From Heptranchias perlo (taxonomy: Eukaryota): 64,000 bases of DNA. Shown in pieces: positions 35,701 to 47,543 of this stretch. The stretch spans positions 124,001 to 188,000 of the forward strand of contig NW_027139272.1 of the NCBI RefSeq assembly GCF_035084215.1, given 5' to 3'. Made by a program: the position numbers and the translations under genes. Numbering within the stretch: the stretch's first letter is position 1; the number at the start of each line of letters is the position of its first letter. The notes beneath the pieces were generated by a model. The model was not told the origin of the DNA. It worked only from the letters and a program-made list of their open reading frames with translations, and searched no databases.

Positions 35701-37947
35701 TTTGGTCAGTCTGGGAGCGGTGATTGATGGTGAGATTCCCCCCTGTCTGTCTGGTGTTTTGGTCAGTCTGGGAGCGGTGATTGATGGTGAGATTCCCCCA
35801 TGTCTCTCTGGTGTTTTGGTCAGTCTGGGAGCGGTGACTGATGGTGAGATTCCCCTCTGTCTGTCTGGTGTTTTGGTCAGTCTGGGAGCGGTGATTGATG
35901 GTGAGATTCCCCCCTGTCTGTCTGGTGTTTTGGTCAGTCTGGGAGCGGTGATTGATGGTGAGATTCCCCCATGTCTGTCTGGTGTTTTGTTCAGTCTGGG
36001 AGCGGTGATTGATGGTGGGATTCCCCTCTGTCTGTCTGGTGTTTTGGTCAGTCTGGGAGCGGTGATTGATGGTGAGATTCCCCCATGTCTGTCTGGTGTT
36101 TTGGTCAGTCTGGGAGCGGTGATTGATGGTGAGATTCCCCTCTGTCTGTCTGGTGTTTTGGTCAGTCTGGGAGCGGTCACTGATGGTGAGATTCCCCTCT
36201 GTCTGTCTGGTGTTTTGGTCAGTCTGGGAGCGGTGATTGAAGGTGAGATTCCCCCTCTGTCTGTCTGGTGTTTTGGTCAGTCTGGGAGCGGTCACTGATG
36301 GTGAGATTCCCCCTCTGTCTGTCTGGTGTTTTGGTCAGTCTGGGAGCGGTGACTGATGGTGAGATTCCCTCCTGTCTGTCTGGTGTTTTGGTCAGTCTGG
36401 GAGCGGTGATTGATGGTGAGATTCCCCCCTGTCTGTCTGGTGTTTTGGTCAGTCTGGGAGCGGTGACTGGTGGTGAGATTCCCCCCTGTCTGTCTGGTGT
36501 TTTGGTCAGTCTGGGAGCGGTGATTGATGGTGAGATTCCCCCCTGTCTGTCTGGTGTTTTGGTCAGTCTGGGAGCGGTCACTGATGGTGGGATTCCCCCC
36601 CTGTCTGTCTGGTGTTTTGGTCAGTCTGGGAGCGGTGATTGATGGTGAGATTCCCCCCTGTCTGTCTGGTGTTTTGGTCAGTCTGGGAGCGGTGATTGAT
36701 GGTGAGATTCCCCCCTGTCTGTCTGGTGTTTTGGTCAGTCTGGGAGCGGTCACTGATGGTGAGATTCCCCTCTGTCTGTCTGGTGTTTTGGTCAGTCTGG
36801 GAGCGGTGATTGATGGTGAGATTCCCCTCTGTCTGTCTGGTGTTTTGGTCAGTCTGGGAGCGGTGACTGATGGTGAGATTCCCCTCTGTCTGTCTGGTGT
36901 TTTGGTCAGTCTGGGAGCGGTGATTGATGGTGAGATTCCCCCCTGTCTGTCTGGTGTTTTGGTCAGTCTGGGAGCGGTGATTGATGGTGGGATTCCCCCC
37001 TGTCTGTCTGGTGTTTTGGTCAGTCTGGGAGCGGTGACTGATGGTGAGATTCCCCCCTGTCTGTCTGGTGTTTTGGTCAGTCTGGGAGCGGTGACTGATG
37101 GTGAGATTCCCCTCTGTCTGTCTGGTGTTTTGGTCAGTCTGGGAGCGGTGATTGATGGTGAGATTCCCCCCTGTCTGTCTGGTGTTTTGGTCAGTCTGGG
37201 AGCGGTGACTGATGGTGAGATTCCCCTCTGTCTGTCTGGTGTTTTGGTCAGTCTGGGAGCGGTGATTGATGGTGAGATTCCCCCCTGTCTGTCTGGTGTT
37301 TTGGTCAGTCTGGGAGCGGTGACTGATGGTGAGATTCCCCTCTGTCTGTCTGGTGTTTTGGTCAGTCTGGGAGCGGTGATTGATGGTGAGATTCCCCCCT
37401 GTCTGTCTGGTGTTTTGGTCAGTCTGGGAGCGGTCACTGATGGTGGGATTCCCCCCCTGTCTGTCTGGTGTTTTGGTCAGTCTGGGAGCGGTGATTGATG
37501 GTGAGATTCCCCCCTGTCTGTCTGGTGTTTTGGTCAGTCTGGGAGCGGTGATTGATGGTGAGATTCCCCCCTGTCTGTCTGGTGTTTTGGTCAGTCTGGG
37601 AGCGGTCACTGATGGTGAGATTCCCCTCTGTCTGTCTGGTGTTTTGGTCAGTCTGGGAGCGGTGATTGATGGTGAGATTCCCCCCTGTCTGTCTGGTGTT
37701 TTGGTCAGTCTGGGAGCGGTCACTGACGGTGAGATTCCCCTCTGTCTGTCTGGTGTTTTGGTCAGTCTGGGAGCGGTCACTGACGGTGAGATTCCCCCCT
37801 GTCTGTCTGGTGTTTTGGTCAGTCTGGGAGCGGTGATTGATGGTGGGATTCCCCTCTGTCTGTCTGGTGTTTTGGTCAGTCTGGGAGCGGTGATTGATGG
37901 TGAGATTCCCCCCTGTCTGTCTGGTGTTTTGGTCAGTCTGGGAGCAG
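20757..37947. repeat. 57-bp minisatellite, about 300 units (17.2 kb), consensus GATGGTG(A/G)GATTCCCC(C/T)CTGTCTGTCTGGTGTTTTGGTCAGTCTGGGAGCGGTGA(T/C)T
   Basis: 57-bp period with occasional 58-bp units; rare variants recur at fixed offsets (higher-order repeats). Confidence 0.98.
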
Positions 37948-37949
37948 CA

Positions 37950-38020
37950 ATGGCGGTGGTCATTACCCACAAGGCCGCGCGGCTCGGAAAGCGGTCCGCC
38001 CGCGGCCCCGGTGCACTCTG
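37950..38020 (+). CDS. Candidate first coding exon (CpG-rich) of the downstream zinc-finger gene
   Basis: GCAGCAATGG Kozak context, MAVVITHKAARLGKRSARGPGAL, and a CTG|GTGAGA donor (phase 2). It is the only unique, CpG-rich island between two arrays. Confidence 0.35.
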
Positions 38021-38030
38021 GTGAGACGAG

Positions 38031-40376
38031 GACAGGTGAGGGGGAGAGAGAGGAGGACAGGTGAGGGGGAGAGAGAGGAGGACAGGTGAGGGGGAGAGAG
38101 AGGAGGACAGGTGAGGGAGAGAGAGGAGGAAAGGTGAGGGGGACAGGTGAGGGGGAGAGAGAGGAGGACAGGTGAGGGGGAGAGAGAGAGGACAGGTGAG
38201 GGGGAGAGAGAGGAGGACAGGTGAGAGAGAGAGAGAGGAGGACAGGTGAGAGAGAGAGAGAGGAGGACAGGTGAGGGGGAGAGAGAGGAGGACAGGTGAG
38301 GGGGAGAGAGGAGGACAGGTGAGGGGGAGAGAGAGGAGGACAGGTGAGAGAGAGAGAGAGGAGGACAGGTGAGGGGGAGAGAGAGAGGAGGACAGGTGAG
38401 GGGGAGAGAGAGGAGGACAGGTGAGGGGGAGAGAGAGGAGGACAGGTGAGGGAGAGAGAGGAGGACAGGTGAGGGGGAGAGAGAGGAGGACAGGTGAGGG
38501 GGAGAGAGAGAGGAGGACAGGTGAGGGGGAGAGAGAGGAGGACAGGTGAGGGGGAGAGAGGAGGAAAGGTGAGGGGGACAGGTGAGGGGGAGAGAGAGGA
38601 GGACAGGTGAGGGGGAGAGAGAGGAGGACAGGTGAGGTGGAGAGAGAGGAGGACAGGTGAGGGGGTGAGAGAGGAGGACAGGTGAGGGGGAGAGAGAGGA
38701 GGACAGGTGAGGGGGAGAGAGAGGAGGACAGGTGAGGGGGAGAGAGGAGGACAGGTGAGGGGGAGAGAGAGGAGGACAGGTGAGGAGAGAGAGAGTAGGA
38801 CAGGTGAGGGGGAGAGAGAGGAGGACAGGTGAGGAGAGAGAGAGGAGGACAGGTGAGGGGGAGAGAGGAGGACAGGTGAGGTGGTGAGAGAGGAGGACAG
38901 GTGAGGAGAGAGAGAGGAGGACAGGTGAGGGGGAGAGAGTGGAGGACAGGTGAGGAGAGAGAGAGGAGGACAGGTGAGGGGGAGAGAGAGGAGGACAGGT
39001 GAGGGGGAGAGAGAGGAGGACAGGTGAGGGGGAGAGAGAGGAGGAGGTCAGGTGAGGGGGAGAGAGAGGAGGACAGGTGAGGAGAGAGAGAGGAGGACAG
39101 GTGAGGGGGAGAGAGAGGAGGACAGGTGAGGAGAGAGAGAGGAGGACAGGTGAGGGGGAGAGAGAGGAGGACAGGTGAGGAGAGAGAGAGGAGGACAGGT
39201 GAGGGGGAGAGAGAGGAGGACAGGTGAGGAGAGAGAGAGGAGGACAGGTGAGGGGGAGAAAGAGGAGGACAGGTGAGGGGGAGAGAGAGGAGGACAGGTG
39301 AGGTGGAGAGAGAGGAGGACAGGTGAGGAGAGAGAGAGGGGGACAGGTGAGGGGAGAGAGAGGAGGACAGGTGAGGGGGAAAGAGAGGAGGACATTTGAG
39401 GAGAGAGAGAGGAGGATAGGTGAGGGGGAGAGAGTGGAGGACAGGTGAGGGGGAGAGAGGAGGACAGGTGAGGGGGTGAGAGAGGAGGACAGGTGAGGGG
39501 GAGAGAGAGGAGGACAGTTGAGGGGGAGAGAGGAGGACAGGTGAGGGGGAGAGAGAGGAGGACAGGTGAGGGAGAGAGAGGAGGACAGGTGAGGAGGAGA
39601 GAGAGGAGGACAGGTGAGGGGGAGAGAGAGGAGGACAGGTGAGGGGGAGAGAGAGGAGGACAGGTGAGGGGGAGAGAGAGGAGGACAGGTGAGGGGGAGA
39701 GAGAGGAGGACAGGTGAGGAGAGAGAGAGGAGGACAGGTGAGGAGAGAGAGAGGAGGACAGTTGAGGGGGAGAGAGAGGAGGACAGGTGAAGAGAGAGAG
39801 AGGAGGACAGGTGAGGGGGAGAGAGAGGAGGACAGGTGAGGGGGAGAGAGAGGAGGACAGGTGAGGGGGAGAGAGAGGAGGACAGGTGAGGGGGAGAGAG
39901 AGGAGGACAGGTGAAGAGAGAGAGAGGAGGACAGGTGAGGAGAGAGAGAGGAGGACAGGTGAGGGGGAGAGAGAGGAGGACAGGTGAGGGGGAGAGAGAG
40001 GAGGACAGGTGAGGGGGAGAGAGAGGAGGACAGGTGAGGAGAGAGAGAGGAGGACAGGTGAGGGGGAGAGAGAGGAGGACAGGTGAGGGAGAGAGAGAGG
40101 AGGACAGGTGAGGGGGAGAGAGGGAAGGCCAGGTGAGGGGGAGAGAGAGGAGGACAGGTGAGGGTGAGACAGAGCGGAGGACAGGTGAGGGTGAGAGAGG
40201 AGGACAGGTGAGGGGGAGAGAGAGAGGAGGACAGGTGAGGGGGAGAGAGAGGAGGACAGCTGAGGGGGAGAGAGAGGAGGAGGACAGGTGAGGGGGAGAG
40301 AGAGGAGGTCAGGTGAGGGAGGGAGAGGAGGAAAGGTGAGGGGGAGAGAGAGGAGGACAGGTGAGCGGGAGAGAGA
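38031..40376. repeat. 25-bp purine-rich minisatellite GACAGGTGAGGGGGAGAGAGAGGAG, roughly 95 copies
   Basis: Period of about 25 bp with +/-2 bp GA slippage. Confidence 0.95.
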
Positions 40377-40553
40377 CGGTTGGCCAGAGGGAGAGGGTCT
40401 GAGACTGACTGACTGAGTGAGTGAGTGAGTGAGTGTGTGCGAGTGAGTGTGCGACTGTGTGTGTGAGTCAGTGTGAGATCGTGACAGTGGATGTGATTGT
40501 GAGATTGAGCGAGTGTGAGATTGTGTGTGTGAGAGACTGACGGTGAGTGTGTG

Positions 40554-40708
40554 NNNNNNNNNNNNNNNNNNNNNNNNNNNNNNNNNNNNNNNNNNNNNNN
40601 NNNNNNNNNNNNNNNNNNNNNNNNNNNNNNNNNNNNNNNNNNNNNNNNNNNNNNNNNNNNNNNNNNNNNNNNNNNNNNNNNNNNNNNNNNNNNNNNNNNN
40701 NNNNNNNN
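40554..40708. other. Assembly gap (155 N); further gaps at 43924-44067 and 44292-44437
   Basis: N runs. Confidence 0.99.
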
Positions 40709-43700
40709 TGGGGAGTGAGTGTTTATGTGAGAGTGGGAGGGAGGGAGGGAGAGGGGGAGTGAGTGTGTATGTGAGAGTGGGTGGGAGGGAGGGAGAGGGG
40801 GGAGTGAGTGTGTATGTGAGAGTGGGAGGGAGGGAGGGAGAGGGGGGAGTGAGTGTGTATGTGAGAGTGGGAGGGAGGGAGGGAGAGGGGGGAGTGAGTG
40901 TGTATGTGAGAGTGAGAGGGAGGGAGGGAGAGGGGGGAGTGAGTGTGTATGTGAGAGTGGGAGGGAGGGAGGGAGAGGGGGGAGTGAGTGTGTGTGTGAG
41001 AGTGGGAGGGAGGGAGAGAGAGGGGGGAGTGAGTGTGTATGTGAGAGTGGGAGGGAGGGAGGGAGAGGGGGGAGTGAGTGTGTATGTGAGAGTGGGAGGG
41101 AGGGAGGGAGAGGGGGGAGTGAGTGTGTATGTGAGAGTGAGAGGGAGGGAGGGAGAGGGGGGAGTGAGTGTGTATGTGAGAGTGGGAGGGAGGGAGGGAG
41201 AGGGGGGAGTGAGTGTGTGTGTGAGAGTGGGAGGGAGGGAGGGAGAGGGGGGAGTGAGTGTGTATGTGAGAGTGGGAGGGAGGGAGGGAGAGGGGGGAGT
41301 GAGTGTGTATGTGAGAGTGGGAGGGAGGGAGGGAGGGAGAGGGGGGAGTGAGTGTGTGTGTGAGAGTGGGAGGGAGGGAGGGAGAGGGGGGAGTGAGTGA
41401 GTGTGTATGTGAGAGTGGGAGGGAGGGAGGGAGAGGGGGGAGTGAGTGTGTATGTGAGAGTGGGAGGGAGGGAGGGAGAGGGGGGAGTGAGTGTGTATGT
41501 GAGAGTGGGAGGGAGGGAGGGAGAGGGGGGAGTGAGTGTGTATGTGAGAGTGGGAGGGAGGGAGGGAGAGGGGGGAGTGAGTGTGTATGTGAGAGTGGGA
41601 GGGAGGGAGGGAGAGGGGGGAGTGAGTGTGTGTGTGAGAGTGGGAGGGAGGGAGGGAGAGGGGGGAGTGAGTGTGTATGAGAGAGTGGGAGGGAGGGAGG
41701 GAGAGGGGGGAGTGAGTGTGTGTGTGAGAGTGGGAGGGAGGGAGGGAGAGGGGGGAGTGAGTGTGTATGTGAGAGTGAGAGGGAGGGAGGGAGAGGGGGG
41801 AGTGAGTGTGTATGTGAGAGTGGGAGGGAGGGAGGGAGAGGGGGGAGTGAGTGTGTGTGTGAGAGTGGGAGGGAGGGAGGGAGAGGGGGGAGTGAGTGTG
41901 TATGTGAGAGTGGGAGGGAGGGAGGGAGAGGGGGGAGCGAGTGTGTGTGTGTGAGAGTGGGAGGGAGGGAGGGAGAGGGGGGAGTGAGTGTGTATGAGAG
42001 AGTGGGAGGGAGGGAGGGAGAGGGGGGAGTGAGTGTGTATGAGAGAGTGGGAGGGAGGGAGGGAGAGGGGGGAGTGAGTGTGTATGTGAGAGTGGGAGGG
42101 AGGGAGGGAGAGGGGGGAGTGAGTGTGTATGTGAGAGTGGGAGGGAGGGAGGGAGAGGGGGAGTGAGGTGTGTATGTGAGGTGGGAGGGAGGGAGGGAGA
42201 GGGGGGAGTGAGTGTGTGTGTGAGAGTGGGAGGGGATGGGAGGGAGAGGGGGGGAGTGGTGTGTATGTGAGAGTGGGAGGGAGGGAGGGTGAGGGGGGAG
42301 TGAGTGTGTATGTGAGAGTGGGAGGGAGGGAGGGAGAGGGGGGTGAGTGTGTGTGTGAGAGTGGGAGGGAGGGAGGGAGAGGGGGGGTGTGAGTGGTGTG
42401 TGAGTGTGGGAGGTGGGAGGGGAGGGGGGAGTGATGTTGTGTGTGGGTGGGTGGGAGGGGGGAGTGGGGGTGAGTGTGTGTGAGGTGGGAGTGGGTGGAG
42501 GGGGAGGGGTGGGTGGTGTGTGTGTGGGTGGTGGGGGGAGGGAGGGGGGGTGTGGTGTGTGTGTGGGTGGGAGGGAGGGGGGGGTGAGGGGTGAGAGTGG
42601 GTGGAGGTGAGGTGAGGGGGGAGAGGGGGGTGTGTGTGTGTGTGTGTGGGTGGGAGGGAGGGAGGGAGGGGGGGAGTGAGTGTGGTGTGAGTGTGGGAGG
42701 GAGGGGAGGGGAGGGAGTGGGGTGGTGTGTGGAGTGGGGGGAGGGAGGGAGAGGGGGGAGTGAGTGTGTATGTGAGAGTGGGAGGGAGGGAGGGAGAGGG
42801 GGGAGTGAGTGTGTATGTGAGAGTGGGAGGGAGGGAGGGAGAGGGGGGAGTGAGTGTGTATGTGAGAGTGGGAGGGAGGGAGGGAGAGGGGGGAGTGAGT
42901 GTTTATGTGAGAGTGGGAGGGAGGGAGGGAGAGGGGGGAGTGAGTGTGTGTGAGAGTGGGAGGGAGGGAGGGAGAGGGGGGAGTGAGTGTTTATGTGAGA
43001 GTGGGAGGGAGGGAGGGAGAGGTGGGAGTGAGTGTGTATGAGAGAGTGGGAGGGAGGGAGGGAGAGGGGGGAGTGAGTGTGTGTGTGAGAGTGGGAGGGA
43101 GGGAGGGAGAGTGGGGAGTGAGTGTGTGTGTGAGAGTGGGAGGGAGGGAGGGAGAGGGGGGAGTGAGTGTTTATGTGAGAGTGGGAGGGAGGGAGGGAGA
43201 GGGGGGAGTGAGTGTGTGTGAGAGTGGGAGGGAGGGAGGGAGAGGGGGGAGTGAGTGTGTATGAGAGTGGGAGGGAGGGAGGGAGAGGGGGGAGTGAGTG
43301 TGTATGTGAGAGTGGGAGGGAGGGAGGGAGAGGGGGGAGTGAGTGTGTATGAGAGAGTTGGAGGGAGGGAGGGAGAGGGGGGAGTGAGTGTGTGTGAGAG
43401 TGGGAGGGAGGGAGGGAGAGGGGGGAGTGAGTGTGTGTGTGAGAGTGGGAGGGAGGGAGGGAGAGGGGGGAGTGAGTGTGTATGAGAGAGTGGGAGGGAG
43501 GGAGGGAGAGGGGGGAGTGAGTGTGTATGTGAGAGTGGGAGGGAGGGAGGGAGAGGGGGGAGTGAGTGTGTATGTGAGAGTGGGAGGGAGGGAGGGAGAG
43601 GGGGGAGTGAGTGTGTGTGAGAGTGGGAGGGAGGGAGGGAGGGAGAGGGGGGAGTGAGTGTGTATGTGAGAGTGGGAGGGAGGGAGGGAGAGGGGGGAGT

Positions 43701-45410
43701 GAGTGTTTATGTGAGAGTGGGAGGGAGGGAGGGAGAGGGGGGAGTGAGTGTGTATGTGAGAGTGGGAGGGAGGCAGGGAGAGGGGGGAGTGAGTGTGTGT
43801 GTGAGAGTGGGAGGGAGGGAGGGAGAGGGGGGAGTGAGTGTGTATGTGAGAGTGGGAGGGAGGGAGGGAGAGGGGGGAGTGAGTGTGTGTGCGAGAGTGG
43901 GAGGGAGGGAGGGAGAGGGGGGANNNNNNNNNNNNNNNNNNNNNNNNNNNNNNNNNNNNNNNNNNNNNNNNNNNNNNNNNNNNNNNNNNNNNNNNNNNNN
44001 NNNNNNNNNNNNNNNNNNNNNNNNNNNNNNNNNNNNNNNNNNNNNNNNNNNNNNNNNNNNNNNNNNNTGTATGAGAGAGTGGGAGGGAGGGAGGGAGGGA
44101 GAGGGGGGAGTGAGTGTGTATGTGAGAGTGGGAGGGAGGGAGGGAGAGGGGGGAGTGAGTGTGTCTGTGAGAGTGGGAGGGAGGGAGGGAGAGGGGGGAG
44201 TGAGTGTGTATGTGAGAGTGGGAGGGAGGGAGGGAGAGGGGGGAGTGAGTGTGTCTGTGAGAGTGGGAGGGAGGGAGGGAGAGGGGGGAGTNNNNNNNNN
44301 NNNNNNNNNNNNNNNNNNNNNNNNNNNNNNNNNNNNNNNNNNNNNNNNNNNNNNNNNNNNNNNNNNNNNNNNNNNNNNNNNNNNNNNNNNNNNNNNNNNN
44401 NNNNNNNNNNNNNNNNNNNNNNNNNNNNNNNNNNNNNTGTCTGTGAGAGTGGGAGGGAGGGAGGGAGAGGGGGGAGTGAGTGTGTATGTGAGAGTGGGAG
44501 GGAGGGAGGGAGAGGGGGGAGTGAGTGTGTGTGTGAGAGTGGGAGGGAGGGAGGGAGAGGGGGGAGTGAGTGTGTATGTGAGAGTGGGAGGGAGGGAGGG
44601 AGAGGGGGGAGTGAGTGTGTATGTGAGAGTGGGAGGGAGGGAAGGAGAGGGGGGAGTGAGTGTGTCTGTGAGAGTGGGAGGGAGGGAGGGAGAGGGGGGA
44701 GTGAGTGTGTGTGTGAGAGTGGGAGGGAGGGAGGGAGAGGGGGGAGGGAGTGTGTGTGTGAGAGTGGGAGGGAGGGAGGGAGAGGGGGGAGTGAGTGTGT
44801 GTGAGAGAGTGGGAGGGAGGGGGGAGGGGAGGGGGGAGTGGGGGGAGGAGGGGGGTGTGGTGTGTGTGTGAGGTGGGAGGGAGGGAGGGAGAGGGGGGAG
44901 TGAGTGTGTGTGTGAGAGAGTGGGAGGGAGGGAGGGAGAGGGGGGAGTGAGTGTGTGTGTGGGAGTGGGAGGGTGGGAGGGGAGGGGGGGGGTGAGTGTG
45001 TGTGTGAGAGTGGTGGGGGGGGTGGGTGAGGGGGGAGTGAGTGTGTGTGTGGAGAGTGGAGGGAGGGAGGGAGGGGGGGGAGTGTGTGTGTGTGTGGGAG
45101 TGGTGGGAGGGAGGGGGGGTGGTGGGGGTGAGTGTGTGGTGGGAGGGTGGGAGGAGGGGGGGAGTGGGGTGTGTGTGTGGGAGGGAGGGAGGGAGAGGGG
45201 GGAGTGAGTGTGTATGTGAGAGTGGGAGGGAGGGAGGGAGAGGGGGGAGTGAGTGTGTGTGTGAGAGTGGGAGGGAGGGAGGGAGAGGGGGGAGTGAGTG
45301 TGTATGTGAGAGTGGGAGGGAGGGAGGGAGAGGGGGGAGTGAGTGTGTATGTGAGAGTGGGAGGGAGGGAGGGAGAGGGGGGAGTGAGTGTGCATGTGAG
45401 AGTGAGAGAG
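40709..45410. repeat. 45-bp G-rich minisatellite GGAGTGAGTGTGTATGTGAGAGTGGGAGGGAGGGAGGGAGAGGGG
   Basis: 45-bp period; each unit carries (GGGA)4 plus a G6 run; contains gaps and degraded patches. Confidence 0.95.
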
Positions 45411-45671
45411 TGAAGGAAGGCAGGGGGAGGGAGTGGGTGAGATCACAGCCAAGATAAAGTTGCATTAAAAGCTACAAAGAGACTGATCCTGGTCTGAATG
45501 GGATGAGCTCGGAGGAGAGATGAGAGAAACTTAAATTTTAGACTTTTGAAAAAAGGGCGCAAACTTAATATCAATCAGAAAAGAATAAAGGGACTTTTTT
45601 CATGCAGCGAGTTATTGAGAAATCCCCTTTTCAAAACCAGTGGTGGACACAGAGTCCAGAATCGCTTTGAT

Positions 45672-46547
45672 GAAGCCGTCTCTCTGTGGGGAGCGCACTC
45701 ACACCTGAGTCCGAGGTTATCAGTTCAACTCCCACTCCAGACACTTGACCAGATAATCCTGGCTCACACTCCAGTGCAGGACTGAGGGAGCGCTGCACTG
45801 TCTGAGGGGCAGTACTGAGGGAGCGCTGCACTGTCGGAGGGGCAGGACTGAGGGAGTGCTGTACTGTGGGAGGGGCAGTACTGAGGGAGCGCTGCACTGT
45901 GGGAGGGGCAGTACTGAGGGAGCGCTGTACTTTCTGAGGGACAGTGCTGAGGGAGCACTGCACTGTCGGAGGGGCAGTACTGAGGGAGTGCTGCACTGTC
46001 GGAGGGGCAGTACTGAGGGAGCGCTACACTGTCGGAGGGGCAGTCCTGAGGGAGTGCTGCACTGTCGGAGGGGCAGTACTGAGGGAGTGCTGCACTGTCG
46101 GAGGGGCAGTACTGAGGGAGCGCTACACTGTCGGAGGGGCAGTCCTGAGGGAGTGCTGCACTGTCGGAGGGGCAGTACTGAGGGAGTGCTGCATTGTCGG
46201 AGGGGCAGTACTGAGGGAGCGCTGTACTTTCTGAGGGACAGTGCTGAGGGAGCACTGCACTGTCGGAGGGGCAGTACTGAGGGAGTGCTGCACTGTCGGA
46301 GGGGCAGTACTGAGGGAGCGCTACACTGTCGGAGGGGCAGTCCTGAGGGAGTGCTGCACTGTCGGAGGGGCAGTACTGAGGGAGTGCTGCATTGTCGGAG
46401 GGGCAGTCCTGAGGGAGTGCTACACTGTCAGAGGTGCTGTGTTTCAGATGAGGCATTAATCCGAGACCCCGTCTGCGCTCTCAGTTGAACGTAAAAGATT
46501 CCACGGCACTATTTCGAAGAAGAGCAGGGGAGTTCTCCCCGGGCACC
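45672..46547 (+). mobile_element. Deu-domain SINE with internal 33-bp expansion (about 45775-46433)
   Basis: tRNA-like head, about 20 copies of the 33-mer, then the Deu-like core TTTCAGATGAGGCATTAATCCGAGACCCCGTCTGC...GAAGAAGAGCAGGGGAGTTCTCCCC. Confidence 0.8.
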
Positions 46548-46611
46548 GTACACGGGGGTGTGACTTACCCATCAATATCCCATAGTGTACAGTTGCCTTG
46601 GCAGCAGATAA

Positions 46612-47080
46612 AGATATAGAATCATAGATTGATACAGAGCAGAAGGAGGCCGTTCGTCCCATCGTGCCTGTACTGGCTCTTTGAAAGAGCTATCCAATTA
46701 GTCCCACTCCCCTGCAAATTTCCCCCCTTCATGTATTTATCCAATTCCCTTTTGAAAAGCAATCTGCTTCCACCACCCTTTCAGGCAGTGCATTGCAGAT
46801 CAGAACAACTCGCTGCATGAAAATATATTTCCTCATGTCGCCTCTGGTTCTTTTGCCAGTTATCTTAAACCTGCGACCCTTCTGCCAGTGGAAACGGTTT
46901 CTCCTTATTTGCTCGATCAAAACCCTGCATAATTTTGAACACCTCCACCAAATCTCCCCTTCACCTTCTCTGCCCTGAGGAGAACAACCCCAACCTCTGG
47001 ACAGCCCCGCATCCCTGGTACCATTCTCGTCAAACCTCCTCTGCGCCCTCTCCAAGGCCTTGACATCCTTCCTAAAGTGT
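46612..47080 (-). mobile_element. CR1 LINE 3' fragment
   Basis: RKDVKALERAQRR...TRGDMRK..QRVVLICNALPERVVEAD on the minus strand, with tail. Confidence 0.8.
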
Positions 47081-47543
47081 TCATTTGTTTCATTTGTTTC
47101 TCAGTTTTGGAGGAGACTCGAGGAGTCGAAGGACCCAGCTGAGCCCCCTTGGTGAGGGGTGGGATGGAAAAGCCACCCGTTCTCCGAGACAGTCCGTGCA
47201 AGGTGTCGGTATTGGTTGGATTTGGAGAGGGGCAGCTGTTGACAACGAAGAGACGTTCTCCTGCCTTGTCCAACTAGCCCGGACCCAGTGTGGGGGGTGG
47301 AGCATTGGCATTGCCTGGCAATTGAGTTGTCCTGTTGAACTCGTCCTCCTCTGATCTTCAGCAAGGGAAATGCATCCGGAGGAGGGGCTCTTTCGTGCCT
47401 AGGATTTGGGCAGCGTGCTTTGCCTGAGATCCACTGCCCTCGCTGCCTCGTCCTTTGTGCGGAGTCTCCTGTTGCTCATTTTCCACCCTCGCCTCCCCCC
47501 AAAGTGCGGAGTCTTGTTCCTCGTCGCAAGGGCAGGAGGGAGA

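Noticed and set aside
20578-38024. Very long ORFs on both strands (TAPRLTKTPDRQGGISPSI mucin-like, NLTINHRSQTDQ with NxT sequons, GVLVSLGAVIDGEIP hydrophobic)
   Set aside because: The 57-bp unit is a multiple of 3 and stop-free in several frames. Recurrent 58-bp units shift frames, no single frame is preserved, and there is no signal peptide or flanking domain.
42160-42750. Diverged patch as an older sub-array
   Set aside because: Random G/T-biased decay within a G4 array near gaps fits base-calling error at least as well; cannot be resolved without reads
40525-45465. Gly/Glu/Arg- and His/Pro-rich ORFs
   Set aside because: Low-complexity 45-bp repeat translations spanning N gaps
47406-47543. 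Hydrophobic N-terminal extension of the ZNF ORF in the supplied track
   Set aside because: Starts at TTG just after an in-frame stop; more likely intronic polypyrimidine or UTR sequence
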